A stretch of 63,958 nt of DNA, counting the filler, from Octopus bimaculoides (lineage: Eukaryota), in assembly GCF_001194135.2 (NCBI RefSeq). It is 8 parts of 7 records of this genome, joined end to end, with 100 filler letters (N's around TTAATTAATTAA, not from the genome) between each part and the next. Parts side by side here need not be neighbours in the genome. Positions count along the whole stretch, not along the records: positions 29,983 to 42,347 come from NC_068999.1; positions 42,448 to 47,286 come from NC_068997.1; positions 47,387 to 52,322 come from NC_068981.1; 5 more parts are not named here. One strand, written 5' to 3'. Under the pieces are notes generated by a model. The model was given only the letters and a program-made list of their open reading frames with translations. It was not told the origin of the DNA and searched no databases. This document shows, one piece after another, positions 40,767 to 51,499 of the stretch (positions are counted from its first letter, which is position 1; every line of letters begins with the position of its first letter). The translations under genes were made by a program, and so were the position numbers.

Positions 40767-41408
40767 NNNNNNNNNNNNNNNNNNNNNNNNNNNNNNNNNN
40801 NNNNNNNNNNNNNNNNNNNNNNNNNNNNNNNNNNNNNNNNNNNNNNNNNNNNNNNNNNNNNNNNNNNNNNNNNNNNNNNNNNNNNNNNNNNNNNNNNNNN
40901 NNNNNNNNNNNNNNNNNNNNNNNNNNNNNNNNNNNNNNNNNNNNNNNNNNNNNNNNNNNNNNNNNNNNNNNNNNNNNNNNNNNNNNNNNNNNNNNNNNNN
41001 NNNNNNNNNNNNNNNNNNNNNNNNNNNNNNNNNNNNNNNNNNNNNNNNNNNNNNNNNNNNNNNNNNNNNNNNNNNNNNNNNNNNNNNNNNNNNNNNNNNN
41101 NNNNNNNNNNNNNNNNNNNNNNNNNNNNNNNNNNNNNNNNNNNNNNNNNNNNNNNNNNNNNNNNNNNNNNNNNNNNNNNNNNNNNNNNNNNNNNNNNNNN
41201 NNNNNNNNNNNNNNNNNNNNNNNNNNNNNNNNNNNNNNNNNNNNNNNNNNNNNNNNNNNNNNNNNNNNNNNNNNNNNNNNNNNNNNNNNNNNNNNNNNNN
41301 NNNNNNNNNNNNNNNNNNNNNNNNNNNNNNNNNNNNNNNNNNNNNNNNNNNNNNNNNNNNNNNNNNNNNNNNNNNNNNNNNNNNNNNNNNNNNNNNNNNN
41401 NNNNNNNN

Positions 41409-41443
<35 letters not shown>

Positions 41444-41974
41444 TGGTGTGTGTGTATTGGTGTTACTTTTTTGCATAAATATAGTAACAAATAGAACCAA
41501 ATGGTGATATGTTGAAATAAGTGAGATGTCTTCCAAATTTGCTGTGAATGTATGTATACATGTAATCCTTCGTAATATGCAAAAGTTTGAAGAATTTTTT
41601 TCTTTTAAAACTGATTTGTCTCTGATAAGATTAGTAAACATGGAAGACATTTCATTAGACTTGTTTTTCGTTTAATGTATGTTTTGTAACTATTATTGCA
41701 TTTTGAATTAGATTAACGAAAGCAGGAGGCTGAAGAACAAAATGAAATATTTCATTTTTAAGAAGACATTCTTGAAGTTCAAATGCAAGTTCCAAGGTTG
41801 TTGCCTCTCCACAGGCACTCAGTCTGTCACAACCAGGTCTGAGCAAATCCAATACCTACTACACGGCAGACTTGAAACATAGTCCACCCACCCACAACCA
41901 CATACCATTTTAGATATGAAATGTAGATCTTCTTTCAAAAATGTTCTCATTAAAAGAAAAAAATTCATTCAGGT

Positions 41975-42120
41975 GTAGGTGTGGTTGTGTGGTTAAGAAT
42001 CTTGCTTTACAACTATGTGGTTTCAGTTTCCATCCCACTGAAAGAAACCTTGGACGAGTATCTTTATATTTAGCCTTGTAAGTGAAGTTGGTTAGCAGAA
42101 ACTGTGTCAAAGCCCATCAT
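41975..42120 (+). mobile_element. Family-B SINE head, degenerate
   Basis: AGGTGTAGGTGTGGTTGTGTGGTTAAG..CTTGCT tRNA-like head matches the reverse complement of 44100-44260. Confidence 0.65.
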
Positions 42121-42295
42121 GTATTTCCACAGGGAAATATATCTAGAACATTCCATAGGGAAATTTATTCATTTATCAACAGCTTTGTAAACATACAGGC
42201 CTTCAAACTGCAACTAGTTTGGTAAGTGCCACAACAGGAAACTCAGATCTTGAGTCACTCTGTTGCTTCTGGTAGGTATTAATAAAGTATACATG

Positions 42296-42347
<52 letters not shown>

Positions 42348-42447
42348 NNNNNNNNNNNNNNNNNNNNNNNNNNNNNNNNNNNNNNNNNNNNTTAATTAAT
42401 TAANNNNNNNNNNNNNNNNNNNNNNNNNNNNNNNNNNNNNNNNNNNN
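42348..42447. other. Artificial 100-bp scaffold spacer
   Basis: 44N-TTAATTAATTAA-44N. Confidence 0.97.
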
Positions 42448-42502
42448 ATGCTGGATAGTAGTCGTAGACTCTTGTTGCTGATGTGGCGACGGCGGTGGTC
42501 AT
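42448..42502 (-). CDS. Candidate first codons of an unidentified gene (MTTAVATSATRVYDYYPA...), cut by a spacer
   Basis: ATG at 42502 in CCAACGATGA context (A at -3), open to the contig edge, downstream of a motif-rich CpG-containing region. Confidence 0.4.
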
Positions 42503-42599
42503 CGTTGGCTGGACGAAGCTGTTGAAGTGGTCGCTGGCTGATTGTTGCTGCTGCTGTCGTGTGGTACACGGAACAGTCTCTAAGAGAAACTGAACCGAA

Positions 42600-42790
42600 A
42601 CAAATTTGCTGGGTATGAGTTGCTCTATTTAAGGCGTTAAGGGGACTCCCAGACGGTGATAGAAAAACACTATCACGTGACCTTATTAAGGGCTGTGATT
42701 GGTCAGTTTGCATTCTGGCGGGAACGGTTCGAAGAAGTTGCCGATTCGAATAATGATCAGTCACGTGATGACAAGGAGATGTTCTCCGCT
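42600..42790 (-). promoter_or_regulatory. Candidate RNA Pol II promoter
   Basis: TCACGTGA E-boxes at 42673-42680 and 42761-42768, E2F-like GGCGGGAA at 42717-42724, CCAAT on minus at 42698-42702, TATA-like TTAAATAG on minus at 42625-42632. CpG-rich against an AT-rich background. Confidence 0.55.
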
Positions 42791-43299
42791 ACGCTCGCGT
42801 GTGTTTATATTTAAATGAGAAGAATGGCGATAGCAGTTTTGTATCTAATGACGATAGGTAGTTTCACTACAAATACATGCCTCCAAATTCGGAAATATAT
42901 AAAACAAAAACAAAAGAAGATATATTTTTCAATGCGTAAATAGTGAGATTCTTTCGCGAATTTTGAGGAACAGACGTGAAAATTAAAACCCAACTGGCAT
43001 GATTAGCCGTAACGTATTTTTCTCAGTAATCAAAGTCTAAAGCCTTGCTGTATTTTGTACATTTGATGTTGGGAACAAAATGGGTCTTGTTTACAGCAAG
43101 ACCACTCGTTAACCAAGTGATAGAGACTAGTCTACATCATCCAGCATTGTGAGTCACTAAACAGACGGTTCTAGAGGTCTGGTTCAAGCCAGAGCTCCCT
43201 GTTGATAATAACAGGGACAATATCATAAGTAGAATTGACAAGCTCAGCCAGATATGGGTTGAAAAGCTATCTGTGAAAGGTCAGCCAGATGAAACGAAT

Positions 43300-43708
43300 G
43301 CGGTTCATTTTGCTTATCTCACACCCATTAAATAATTACCATTAAAAAATTGGGTTATCTCCCCACTAAAAAATTGCGTTTTTGCGGCGATAAGAGATTG
43401 GATTAAAAGAGATCCTTTTGATTCAATACTTCAACACATTCTTGACATTTAGCCTCCTCAATAAGAATGGTATGATTTGTTATAAAAATGTTATCAGATT
43501 CAATAGGATATTAAATTTTTTCAATTTTCCTGTTTATTTGTTTCCGTTTTCATGTTTATTAATGTTCTCATTTTCTTTTTCTTTGTTTTATTGGGGGTTA
43601 AATAATTTTATTAGGTGAGGGAGATAACCAAAAGTATCGAAATTTTTCATAAACCGGGGGAGATATCCCAATATTTTAATGGGGGTGAGATAACCAATAA
43701 GTACCACG
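43300..43708. mobile_element. Old MITE-like element with ~60-bp imperfect TIRs and repeated GAGATAACC motifs
   Basis: Left CTTATCTCACACCCATTAA..TTGGGTTATCTCCCC mirrors right GGGGGAGATATCCCAATATTTTAATGGGGGTGAGATAAC. Confidence 0.55.
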
Positions 43709-43855
43709 AATGCATACACCACCATCATCGTTATTTATTATCACCTGATCATCATGCCTTGCCCCAGTTTCCTTTTCCGCTTCTGGTGAAAGGAAAGCGT
43801 TCCATTGGTTCGAACGTCCATCTTCTGCCAACTCGCTCTATGCAAAGAGTTTGAT

Positions 43856-44314
43856 ATTCTTTTATTCATTTATTTGTTTCAGTCATTTGACTGCAGCCAT
43901 GCTGGAGCACCGGCTTTACTCGAACAAATCGACCCCAGGACTTATGGTTTGTAAACCTAGTACTTATTCTATTGGTCTCTTTGCCGAACCACTAATTTAC
44001 GGGGACGTAAACACACCAACATCGGTTGCCAAGCGATGGTGGAAAGGACAAACACAGAAATACACACACACACACACACACATATACATATACATATACG
44101 ACGGGCTTCTTTCAGTTTCCATCTACCAAATCTACTCACAAGGCTTTGGACGTCCCGAGGCTTTAGTAGAAGACACTTGCCGAAGGTGCCACGCAGTGGG
44201 ACTGAACCCGGAACCATGAGGTTGGTTAGCAAGCTACTTACCAAACAGCCACTCCTGCGCCTACTTACCACACAGCCACGCCGGCGCCTACTTACCACAC
44301 AGCCGCGCCGGCGG
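43856..44314 (-). mobile_element. Full-length family-B tRNA-derived SINE with triplicated 5' head
   Basis: Minus reading GGCGCAGGAGTGGCTGTTTGGTAAG..GGTTCCGGGTTCAGTCCC, internal (TG)n, AAAGAATA-type tail. Partial copies at about 32090, 37574, 45223, 50235, 51850, 55645, 61165 and 61920. Confidence 0.9.
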
Positions 44315-45584
44315 TATGCGGAAATTGCAGTCTTTTCATAGACTCCGGATGGAAAACAGGTGACGTCAGCGTTTGTGTNNNNNNNNNNNNNNNNNNNNNN
44401 NNNNNNNNNNNNNNNNNNNNNNNNNNNNNNNNNNNNNNNNNNNNNNNNNNNNNNNNNNNNNNNNNNNNNNNNNNNNNNNNNNNNNNNNNNNNNNNNNNNN
44501 NNNNNNNNNNNNNNNNNNNNNNNNNNNNNNNNNNNNNNNNNNNNNNNNNNNNNNNNNNNNNNNNNNNNNNNNNNNNNNNNNNNNNNNNNNNNNNNNNNNN
44601 NNNNNNNNNNNNNNNNNNNNNNNNNNNNNNNNNNNNNNNNNNNNNNNNNNNNNNNNNNNNNNNNNNNNNNNNNNNNNNNNNNNNNNNNNNNNNNNNNNNN
44701 NNNNNNNNNNNNNNNNNNNNNNNNNNNNNNNNNNNNNNNNNNNNNNNNNNNNNNNNNNNNNNNNNNNNNNNNNNNNNNNNNNNNNNNNNNNNNNNNNNNN
44801 NNNNNNNNNNNNNNNNNNNNNNNNNNNNNNNNNNNNNNNNNNNNNNNNNNNNNNNNNNNNNNNNNNNNNNNNNNNNNNNNNNNNNNNNNNNNNNNNNNNN
44901 NNNNNNNNNNNNNNNNNNNNNNNNNNNNNNNNNNNNNNNNNNNNNNNNNNNNNNNNNNNNNNNNNNNNNNNNNNNNNNNNNNNNNNNNNNNNNNNNNNNN
45001 NNNNNNNNNNNNNNNNNNNNNNNNNNNNNNNNNNNNNNNNNNNNNNNNNNNNNNNNNNNNNNNNNNNNNNNNNNNNNNNNNNNNNNNNNNNNNNNNNNNN
45101 NNNNNNNNNNNNNNNNNNNNNNNNNNNNNNNNNNNNNNNNNNNNNNNNNNNNNNNNNNNNNNNNNNNNNNNNNNNNNNNNNNNNNNNNNNNNNNNNNNNN
45201 NNNNNNNNNNNNNNNNNNNNNNTCTTTTATTCCTTTACTTGTTTCAGTCATTTGACTACGGCCATGCTGGTGCACCGTCTTTAATCAAACAAATCAGCCC
45301 CAGGACTTATTCTTTGTAAGCCTAGTACTTATTCTATCGGTACCTTTTGCTGAACCACTAAGTTACAGGGACGTAAACATACCAACATTGATTGTTAAGC
45401 GATGGTAGGAGGGCAAACACAGACACACAAATACATATATGTGTGTGTATGTTTGTGTGTGAGTGTGTATGTGTATACACATATTTATATATGTAGTTGA
45501 AATATACGGAAATACAAAAGATGAAGCCAGCTGTATGAACAACAAGCAGGTGTATTAGTTTGACGCTCGAGAAAGTGGGAAAGT

Positions 45585-45620
45585 CTTTTACGTTTCGAGC
45601 CTATGCTCTGCAACAGAAAG
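45585..45620 (-). ncRNA. Hammerhead-like motif of the same family as 13713, with mutated core
   Basis: Reverse complement: CTTT-CTGTTGC-A-GAGC/atag/GCTC-GAAA-CGT-A-AAAG. Helices intact; core departs from CUGANGA at two positions. Confidence 0.5.
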
Positions 45621-45892
45621 GAATAAGAGAAAATAAACAGAGAATATTAAAAACTTACGGATTTAGCGATCAATCATGGTGATGGATGCATGTATGTATG
45701 TATGTACATAGAAACTTCTTGAACGCTCAAAACGTTTGCCTGAACATTTACTAAGTTTAGGAAGCGGTCTTACTTGGTCACAAGTTGACTTCCACCGTAA
45801 TAAAGAATATACTTTAGCAGGCACTTAATAACCACACAACACAAATACATACTCTCATAAATATATACACTAATATATTTATTTAAGTCAAG

Positions 45893-46432
45893 GAGGCGTT
45901 AATATGCCGGAAAGTTGATTAGCGGCATTTCTCCTGGTTTCATATGTTCTGAGTTTAAATTTCATAGGGGGTTCGAATTGCGTTTCATTCTTTCTAGGGC
46001 GGCAAGTTACTACGCTAAGCAAAATGTTTAACGACATCTCGTCTGCCTTTATGTTCTGAGAGGAAATTCCGCTGGTATTGGCTTCGTCGTTCGTCCTTTC
46101 AGAGTCGTAATCGACTTAATTCCTTACTCCGAAATTGTTGGCCTTGTTCCCAAATTAGAAACCAATAGAATGGATTATTCTAAGGCGGCGAGCAGGCAGA
46201 ATCGTTAATCCACCAAGAAAAAATACTTAGCGACATTTCATCCGCCTTTATGTTCTTAGTTCAAATTTCACCAAGGTGGACTTTGTCTTTTATCCTCTCG
46301 ATATGGATAATACAAGTACTGGTTGGGCACTAAGGTCGATGTAATTGACTTAACCCCTTCGAGCACTGAGATCGATGTAATCGTCTTAACTACTTCCCCG
46401 AAATTGCTGGCCTTGTGCTAAAATTTTAAATC
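45893..46432 (+). mobile_element. Cluster of three degenerate family-A SINEs
   Basis: Three successive GTTCT(G/T)AG..AAATT cores; AAGGCGGCGAGCAGGCAGAATCG head near 46181. Confidence 0.8.
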
Positions 46433-47025
46433 AATATATTTATATTTAAGTGTTTGTATTCTTTTCTTTTCCCCCATCCACACAGCCATCTATTTATCTC
46501 AAACCATTAATCATGAAATATTCTGTCATTGATAAATTTCAAAACGAAAGTATTTGATTGGCTGTCTTTTGAAGTAGATAAAGTGTTAAATGTGGACTTG
46601 CCTCATTTGCCCGATGAACGCTATTGAGGTAAGGTTGCTTTTTTTTGTTTTTTTGTTTTTCCGCCCTTTCAAAAGTTAAAGCTTAGATTGTAGCTTACAT
46701 CTGCTCTGATTGTACGATCAAAGCCTTTCCATTTGTGGCGGTCCAGTCTCTTTGTATTTTAGGGACTACACTTGTCAATGTGTCTTTTTATGTCTGTGTG
46801 TGAGTGTGTCCGTTTGTGTACATGTACACGTGTGTGGGGAGTGCATTTGTACAATGTGCAAGTATGTGTGTTGTTGTTAATGTAATTCAGTTTCCGATTA
46901 GGCCTTGATTGTTAAGACCTGCAATCAAAGACAATCCAACCATGACCTTTCCTACACTATGATTTTTTTTTTGGCTTCTTTTTTCTGATATGTTGCAATG
47001 CAACTGAGATACCTTTACAGCGAGT

Positions 47026-47063
<38 letters not shown>

Positions 47064-47226
47064 GTTATTATTATTATTATTCGTCGTTTAACGTCCGCTT
47101 TCCATGCTAGCATGGGTTGAACGATTTGACTGAGGACTGGTGAACCAGATGGCTACAACAGGCTCCAATCTGATTTGGCAGAGTTTCTACAGCTGGATGC
47201 CCTTCCTAATGCCAACCACTCCGAGA
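47026..47226 (-). mobile_element. Tail family C element with (AAT)n tail
   Basis: CGTTTAACGTCCGCTTTCCATGCTAGCATGGGTT..GGATGCCCTTCCTAATGCCAACC. Confidence 0.85.
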
Positions 47227-47286
47227 CAACAAGTTAGAAGTTCAAGTTGGTGTTATGCCTAAGGTGTCATATATTTAGTTTTACAC

Positions 47287-47386
47287 NNNNNNNNNNNNNN
47301 NNNNNNNNNNNNNNNNNNNNNNNNNNNNNNTTAATTAATTAANNNNNNNNNNNNNNNNNNNNNNNNNNNNNNNNNNNNNNNNNNNN
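47287..47386. other. Artificial 100-bp scaffold spacer
   Basis: 44N-TTAATTAATTAA-44N. Confidence 0.97.
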
Positions 47387-47465
47387 ATATATACATAATA
47401 CATACATAATACATACATACATACTTACATATACACATACATCTACATATATATACATACATAGA

Positions 47466-48110
47466 AAGGGAGATAGGTATTATTCATTTGCAAAAACAGA
47501 ATAGCTTCGAAGTGTCAGCCTACCCAGCCGCCATCAGGCTGTCTCGCATTTGAGAACACTTAAAATACTAGAAACCAAATTTGTATACGACCTAAAGCTG
47601 ACATACCTAAAGAAACACACCTAAATAAACATGCTTGACTGAAATCTTGACGCTAACCTTCACCTCCACAAGACAAACAGGTAAAATTTCCCCCTGTAAG
47701 CAAATAAATTCAACAACAACAAACCTATTTACACACCAGCTGACCAACTAAGTTTTTCACTTGCATTCTTTTCTTAACACTAAAAACAACGCCAAAAAAC
47801 ATGAAAATGATACATATAAACAGATACATCTGTACTCTAAATAGTAACACAGCTCCAACTTTGATTAACAAAAGCATTCTATAATACTTTTCCATCAGAA
47901 CTTAACTTACAACCTACTTACCGTTCAATAGACCTCTACCTACCCCAGAAAAAAATAAATTTACCAGAGACTGTATAAAGCCAAGATGAATTGAAATGTA
48001 GAACAGTCTGATGAAAGCTAAGCAGGCCGAAACTACGAAGTCACTCTCAACACTATTCTTGTACAAGAATACTAAATATATACGAAAAGTATTACGTAAA
48101 CCTTCATTTT
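47466..48110 (+). mobile_element. Probable Penelope-like 3' end (GIY-YIG C-terminus, UTR, hammerhead)
   Basis: RTLKILETKFVYDLK resembles the PLE endonuclease C-terminus; an A/C-rich UTR and a hammerhead motif at 48005 follow. Confidence 0.5.
48005..48045 (+). ncRNA. Type-I hammerhead motif with intact CTGATGA and GAAA
   Basis: AGT-CTGATGA-A-AGCT/aagca/GGCC-GAAA-CT/acga/AG-T-C-ACT. Helix III 3 bp with 4-nt loop, helix I 3 bp, helix II imperfect (A-C at the base). Confidence 0.6.
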
Positions 48111-48178
48111 AATGTAAAATTGTTTTTTACGGAGATGTACTTGCATAGCAAGTGACCTGATCTGAAATCGTGTGCTGA

Positions 48179-48450
48179 AACAAAAACAATTGCAGCGTGG
48201 AAGGTGTTTATAAGCCATTAAAAACACACACAAAAGCCGTTAGATTCATTTCAACATTTAAATTTAATTTCCCAAAATATTTTCGTCGCTTTTAGACCGC
48301 GAGCACGTAATTTTGTCAGTGAAAAGGTCGCGGTCTCAAACCGACGAAAATATTTTGGCAAATTAAACTTAAATGTTGAAGTGAATCCAACGGTTTTTGT
48401 GTATATTATAATGGCTTATAAACACCTTCCACGCTGCAATTGTTTTTGTT
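48179..48450. repeat. Fold-back element with ~123-bp inverted arms and a 25-nt spacer
   Basis: Arms at 48179-48302 and 48328-48450 (AACAAAAACAATTGCAGCGTGGAAGGTGTTTATAAGCCATTA and its reverse complement). A third arm fragment lies at 48534-48578. Confidence 0.93.
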
Positions 48451-49237
48451 ATAACCCTACATAAAAACAAACATTAATATTATCTATCTTTCTATCTATA
48501 TTGATATAGATAGCAAAATAGACAGATAGATAGAAACCGTTAGATTCACTTCAACATTTAAGTTTAATTTTCCGAAATTATACATATACGTATACGTGTA
48601 TGTATATATGTATATATATATATATATATNNNNNNNNNNNNNNNNNNNNNNNNNNNNNNNNNNNNNNNNNNNNNNNNNNNNNNNNNNNNNNNNNNNNNNN
48701 NNNNNNNNNNNNNNNNNNNNNNNNNNNNNNNNNNNNNNNNNNNNNNNNNNNNNNNNNNNNNNNNNNNNNNNNNNNNNNNNNNNNNNNNNNNNNNNNNNNN
48801 NNNNNNNNNNNNNNNNNNNNNNNNNNNNNNNNNNNNNNNNNNNNNNNNNNNNNNNNNNNNNNNNNNNNNNNNNNNNNNNNNNNNNNNNNNNNNNNNNNNN
48901 NNNNNNNNNNNNNNNNNNNNNNNNNNNNNNNNNNNNNNNNNNNNNNNNNNNNNNNNNNNNNNNNNNNNNNNNNNNNNNNNNNNNNNNNNNNNNNNNNNNN
49001 NNNNNNNNNNNNNNNNNNNNNNNNNNNNNNNNNNNNNNNNNNNNNNNNNNNNNNNNNNNNNNNNNNNNNNNNNNNNNNNNNNNNNNNNNNATATATATAT
49101 ATATATATATATATAATCGTTTAAGTTATGTAGACGTAAACAGACCAATACCAGGTGTCAAGCAGTGGTGAGGGATGAACACAAACACAAAGACAGACAG
49201 ACAGACACACATACACATACACATACATACATATATA

Positions 49238-50011
49238 TTAGGTCTGATCAATAAGTACCCGGACTGTTCCCATAGTAACGAGGCTAACGTACGCAGAGGG
49301 AACTCTGCTGTGAACTCTGCTGTGAACTCTGCTGTGCATGCACACTAAGTTTTAACGTTCTAGCTCACTTCTGCTGTTTACAGCAGTGATTGGAAGGAAT
49401 GTATGTAGCGTGTGATTGTCGCATTGACCACGACAGAGAAAGCTGCCATGGCGATACCTGCTCAGAGGCCTACGCAAAGTTGCAGAAAGTGTATGGAGAG
49501 GAGTGTATGAGCCACACGCAAGTGTACGAGTGGTTCAGACGTTTCCAAGATGGCCGAAAAAATGTCCAGCCGAATTCAGAAAAACATCGTAGATGTGCGT
49601 GCAGTGTGATGGAAAATCGTCGAATCACCATCCGTGAGTTATCAGAGGATGTGCAGATTAGTTACGGTTCAGCTCAGTCCATTATCTCTGAAGATTTGAG
49701 TATGAGACGCGTGTNNNNNNNNNNTTAGTTACGGTTCAGCTCAGTCCATTATCTCTGAAGATTTGAGTATGAGACGCGTGTCTGCCAAGTTTGTGCCAAA
49801 ACTGCTTTCAGCTGACCAAAAGGATACTCGGGTTTCAGTTGCACTAGATCTCCTTGATTTTGTCGAGAACAATAAAAACTTTTTGAGAACTTCGCATAGG
49901 CCTCTGAGCAGCTATCGTCAAGCTTTTGGTAAAATTTGATGCAGATTCTCTGCTCAACTTTCTCTGTCACGCGCTATACACATCGGAAGTGAGCTAGAAT
50001 GTTAATCAGAC
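49238..50011 (+). mobile_element. Mariner derivative: left TIR, N-terminal transposase, inverted N-terminal copy, TIR remnant
   Basis: TA|TTAGGTCTGATCAATAAG TIR; SEAYAKLQKVYGEECMSHTQVYEWFRRF, ENRRITIRELS, MRRVSAKFVPKLL. Minus-strand MTEKVEQRICIKFYQKLDDSCSEAYAK at 49891-49970; TCAGAC end at 50006-50011. Confidence 0.88.
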
Positions 50012-50505
50012 ACATACATACATACATACATACATACATACATACATACATACATACATGCATGCATACACAGTTGATGCTGAAATTCCAATGAAGGAGC
50101 CTTGGATCTAGGTTAGAGACCGGCTGTTTTTCTGTTGGCAGGAAATCTTGAAATAAAATTGAATGCTATACATACATACATACATATATACATTTTTCAT
50201 ACATACATACATTTTTCATGCATACATACATACACACAACGTTCTTCTTTCAGTTTTCGTGAACCAGATCTACATACAAGGCTTTAGTTGGCTCGTGGTT
50301 ATAGTAGAAAACACCTAATATGCCACGCAGTGAGACTAAACCCGGTACTATGCAGCTGAGAAGCAAACTTCTTACCACACACACACACATACACACAAAC
50401 ACACAAACACACATATATGCATGTATGTATATATGTACGTACGTATGTATGTATAAGTATCTACGTATCTATCTATCTAGCTAACTAGCTAGCTAGCTAG
50501 CTAGC

Positions 50506-50548
<43 letters not shown>

Positions 50549-51029
50549 GATGAGGGGGAGAGGGGGAGAGAGAGGGGGAGAGGAAGAGAGAGAGAGGGAG
50601 AGAGAGAGAGAGAGAGAGAGTATTAGCAAGGTTCGTATAGAGATTTATTGTAATAATTTTTCTGAATCACAGAAGCCATTTGCGTGAATATTTATCTGCA
50701 GTTTATATAGTGTCAAACAATACGATTGAGAAGTCTCGCCCTGCACACAATACTCAAACCTAGTCCAGGTTTATTTTCCTATGGGAAGAAATGAAGTTAA
50801 CACTACAAGTCAGTAATAAATCAGTTCTTTAGTTCCACGATGCTGCTGCTGTTTACACCAATCAGCTGTACCGCTTGAGACATGTTGAAGTTTCACAGAT
50901 TTAGTGATGGCCACAATGAATCGGCATTGGTTGTTGGATATTAGCCACTGACATTTCAACCCTGTCGGCTGCTTCGTATACCCGCTCATGCAACTACTGG
51001 ATTTATAGAGACAGAGAATAAATACTTCA

Positions 51030-51265
51030 TATTTCTTTATTGCCCACAAGGGGCTACACACAGAGGAGACAGACAAGGACAGACAAACGGATTAAGTCGA
51101 TTATATCGACCCCAGTGCGTAACTGGTACTTATTTAATCGACCCCGAAAGGATGAAAGGCAAAGTCGACCTCGGCGGAATTTGAACTCAGAACGTAACGG
51201 TAGACGAAATACTGCTAAGCATTTCGCCCGGCGTGCTAACGTTTCTGCCAGCTCGCCGCCTTACT
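51030..51265 (-). mobile_element. Near-consensus family-A SINE with 14-bp TSD
   Basis: GAATAAATACTTCA at 51016-51029 and 51266-51279; near-identical to 4033-4256. Confidence 0.93.
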
Positions 51266-51451
51266 GAATAAATACTTCAGCGCAGAAAGACAGTAACGTT
51301 TTCATGCAAGAACGTGTATGCATACATACATACATACAGTGAAGGATCGTTCTTTATGTTACTTCTGTTTTCCATTTGTTTCTTTCGTTGTTTGCGTATT
51401 GAACTCTTGTTTTCGTATTTCATGTTTTTTACTGTTGGTGATTTCCTGTAC

Positions 51452-51499
<48 letters not shown>

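Noticed and set aside
41711-41860. Possible next CCDC39 exon (EEQNEIFHF*EDILEVQMQ)
   Set aside because: In-frame stop, no in-phase acceptor, and the continuation does not match. The minus-strand ORF here is also unrecognised.
49658-49781. 57-bp duplication inside the mariner ORF
   Set aside because: Identical sequence on both sides of a 10-N gap; assembly artefact.
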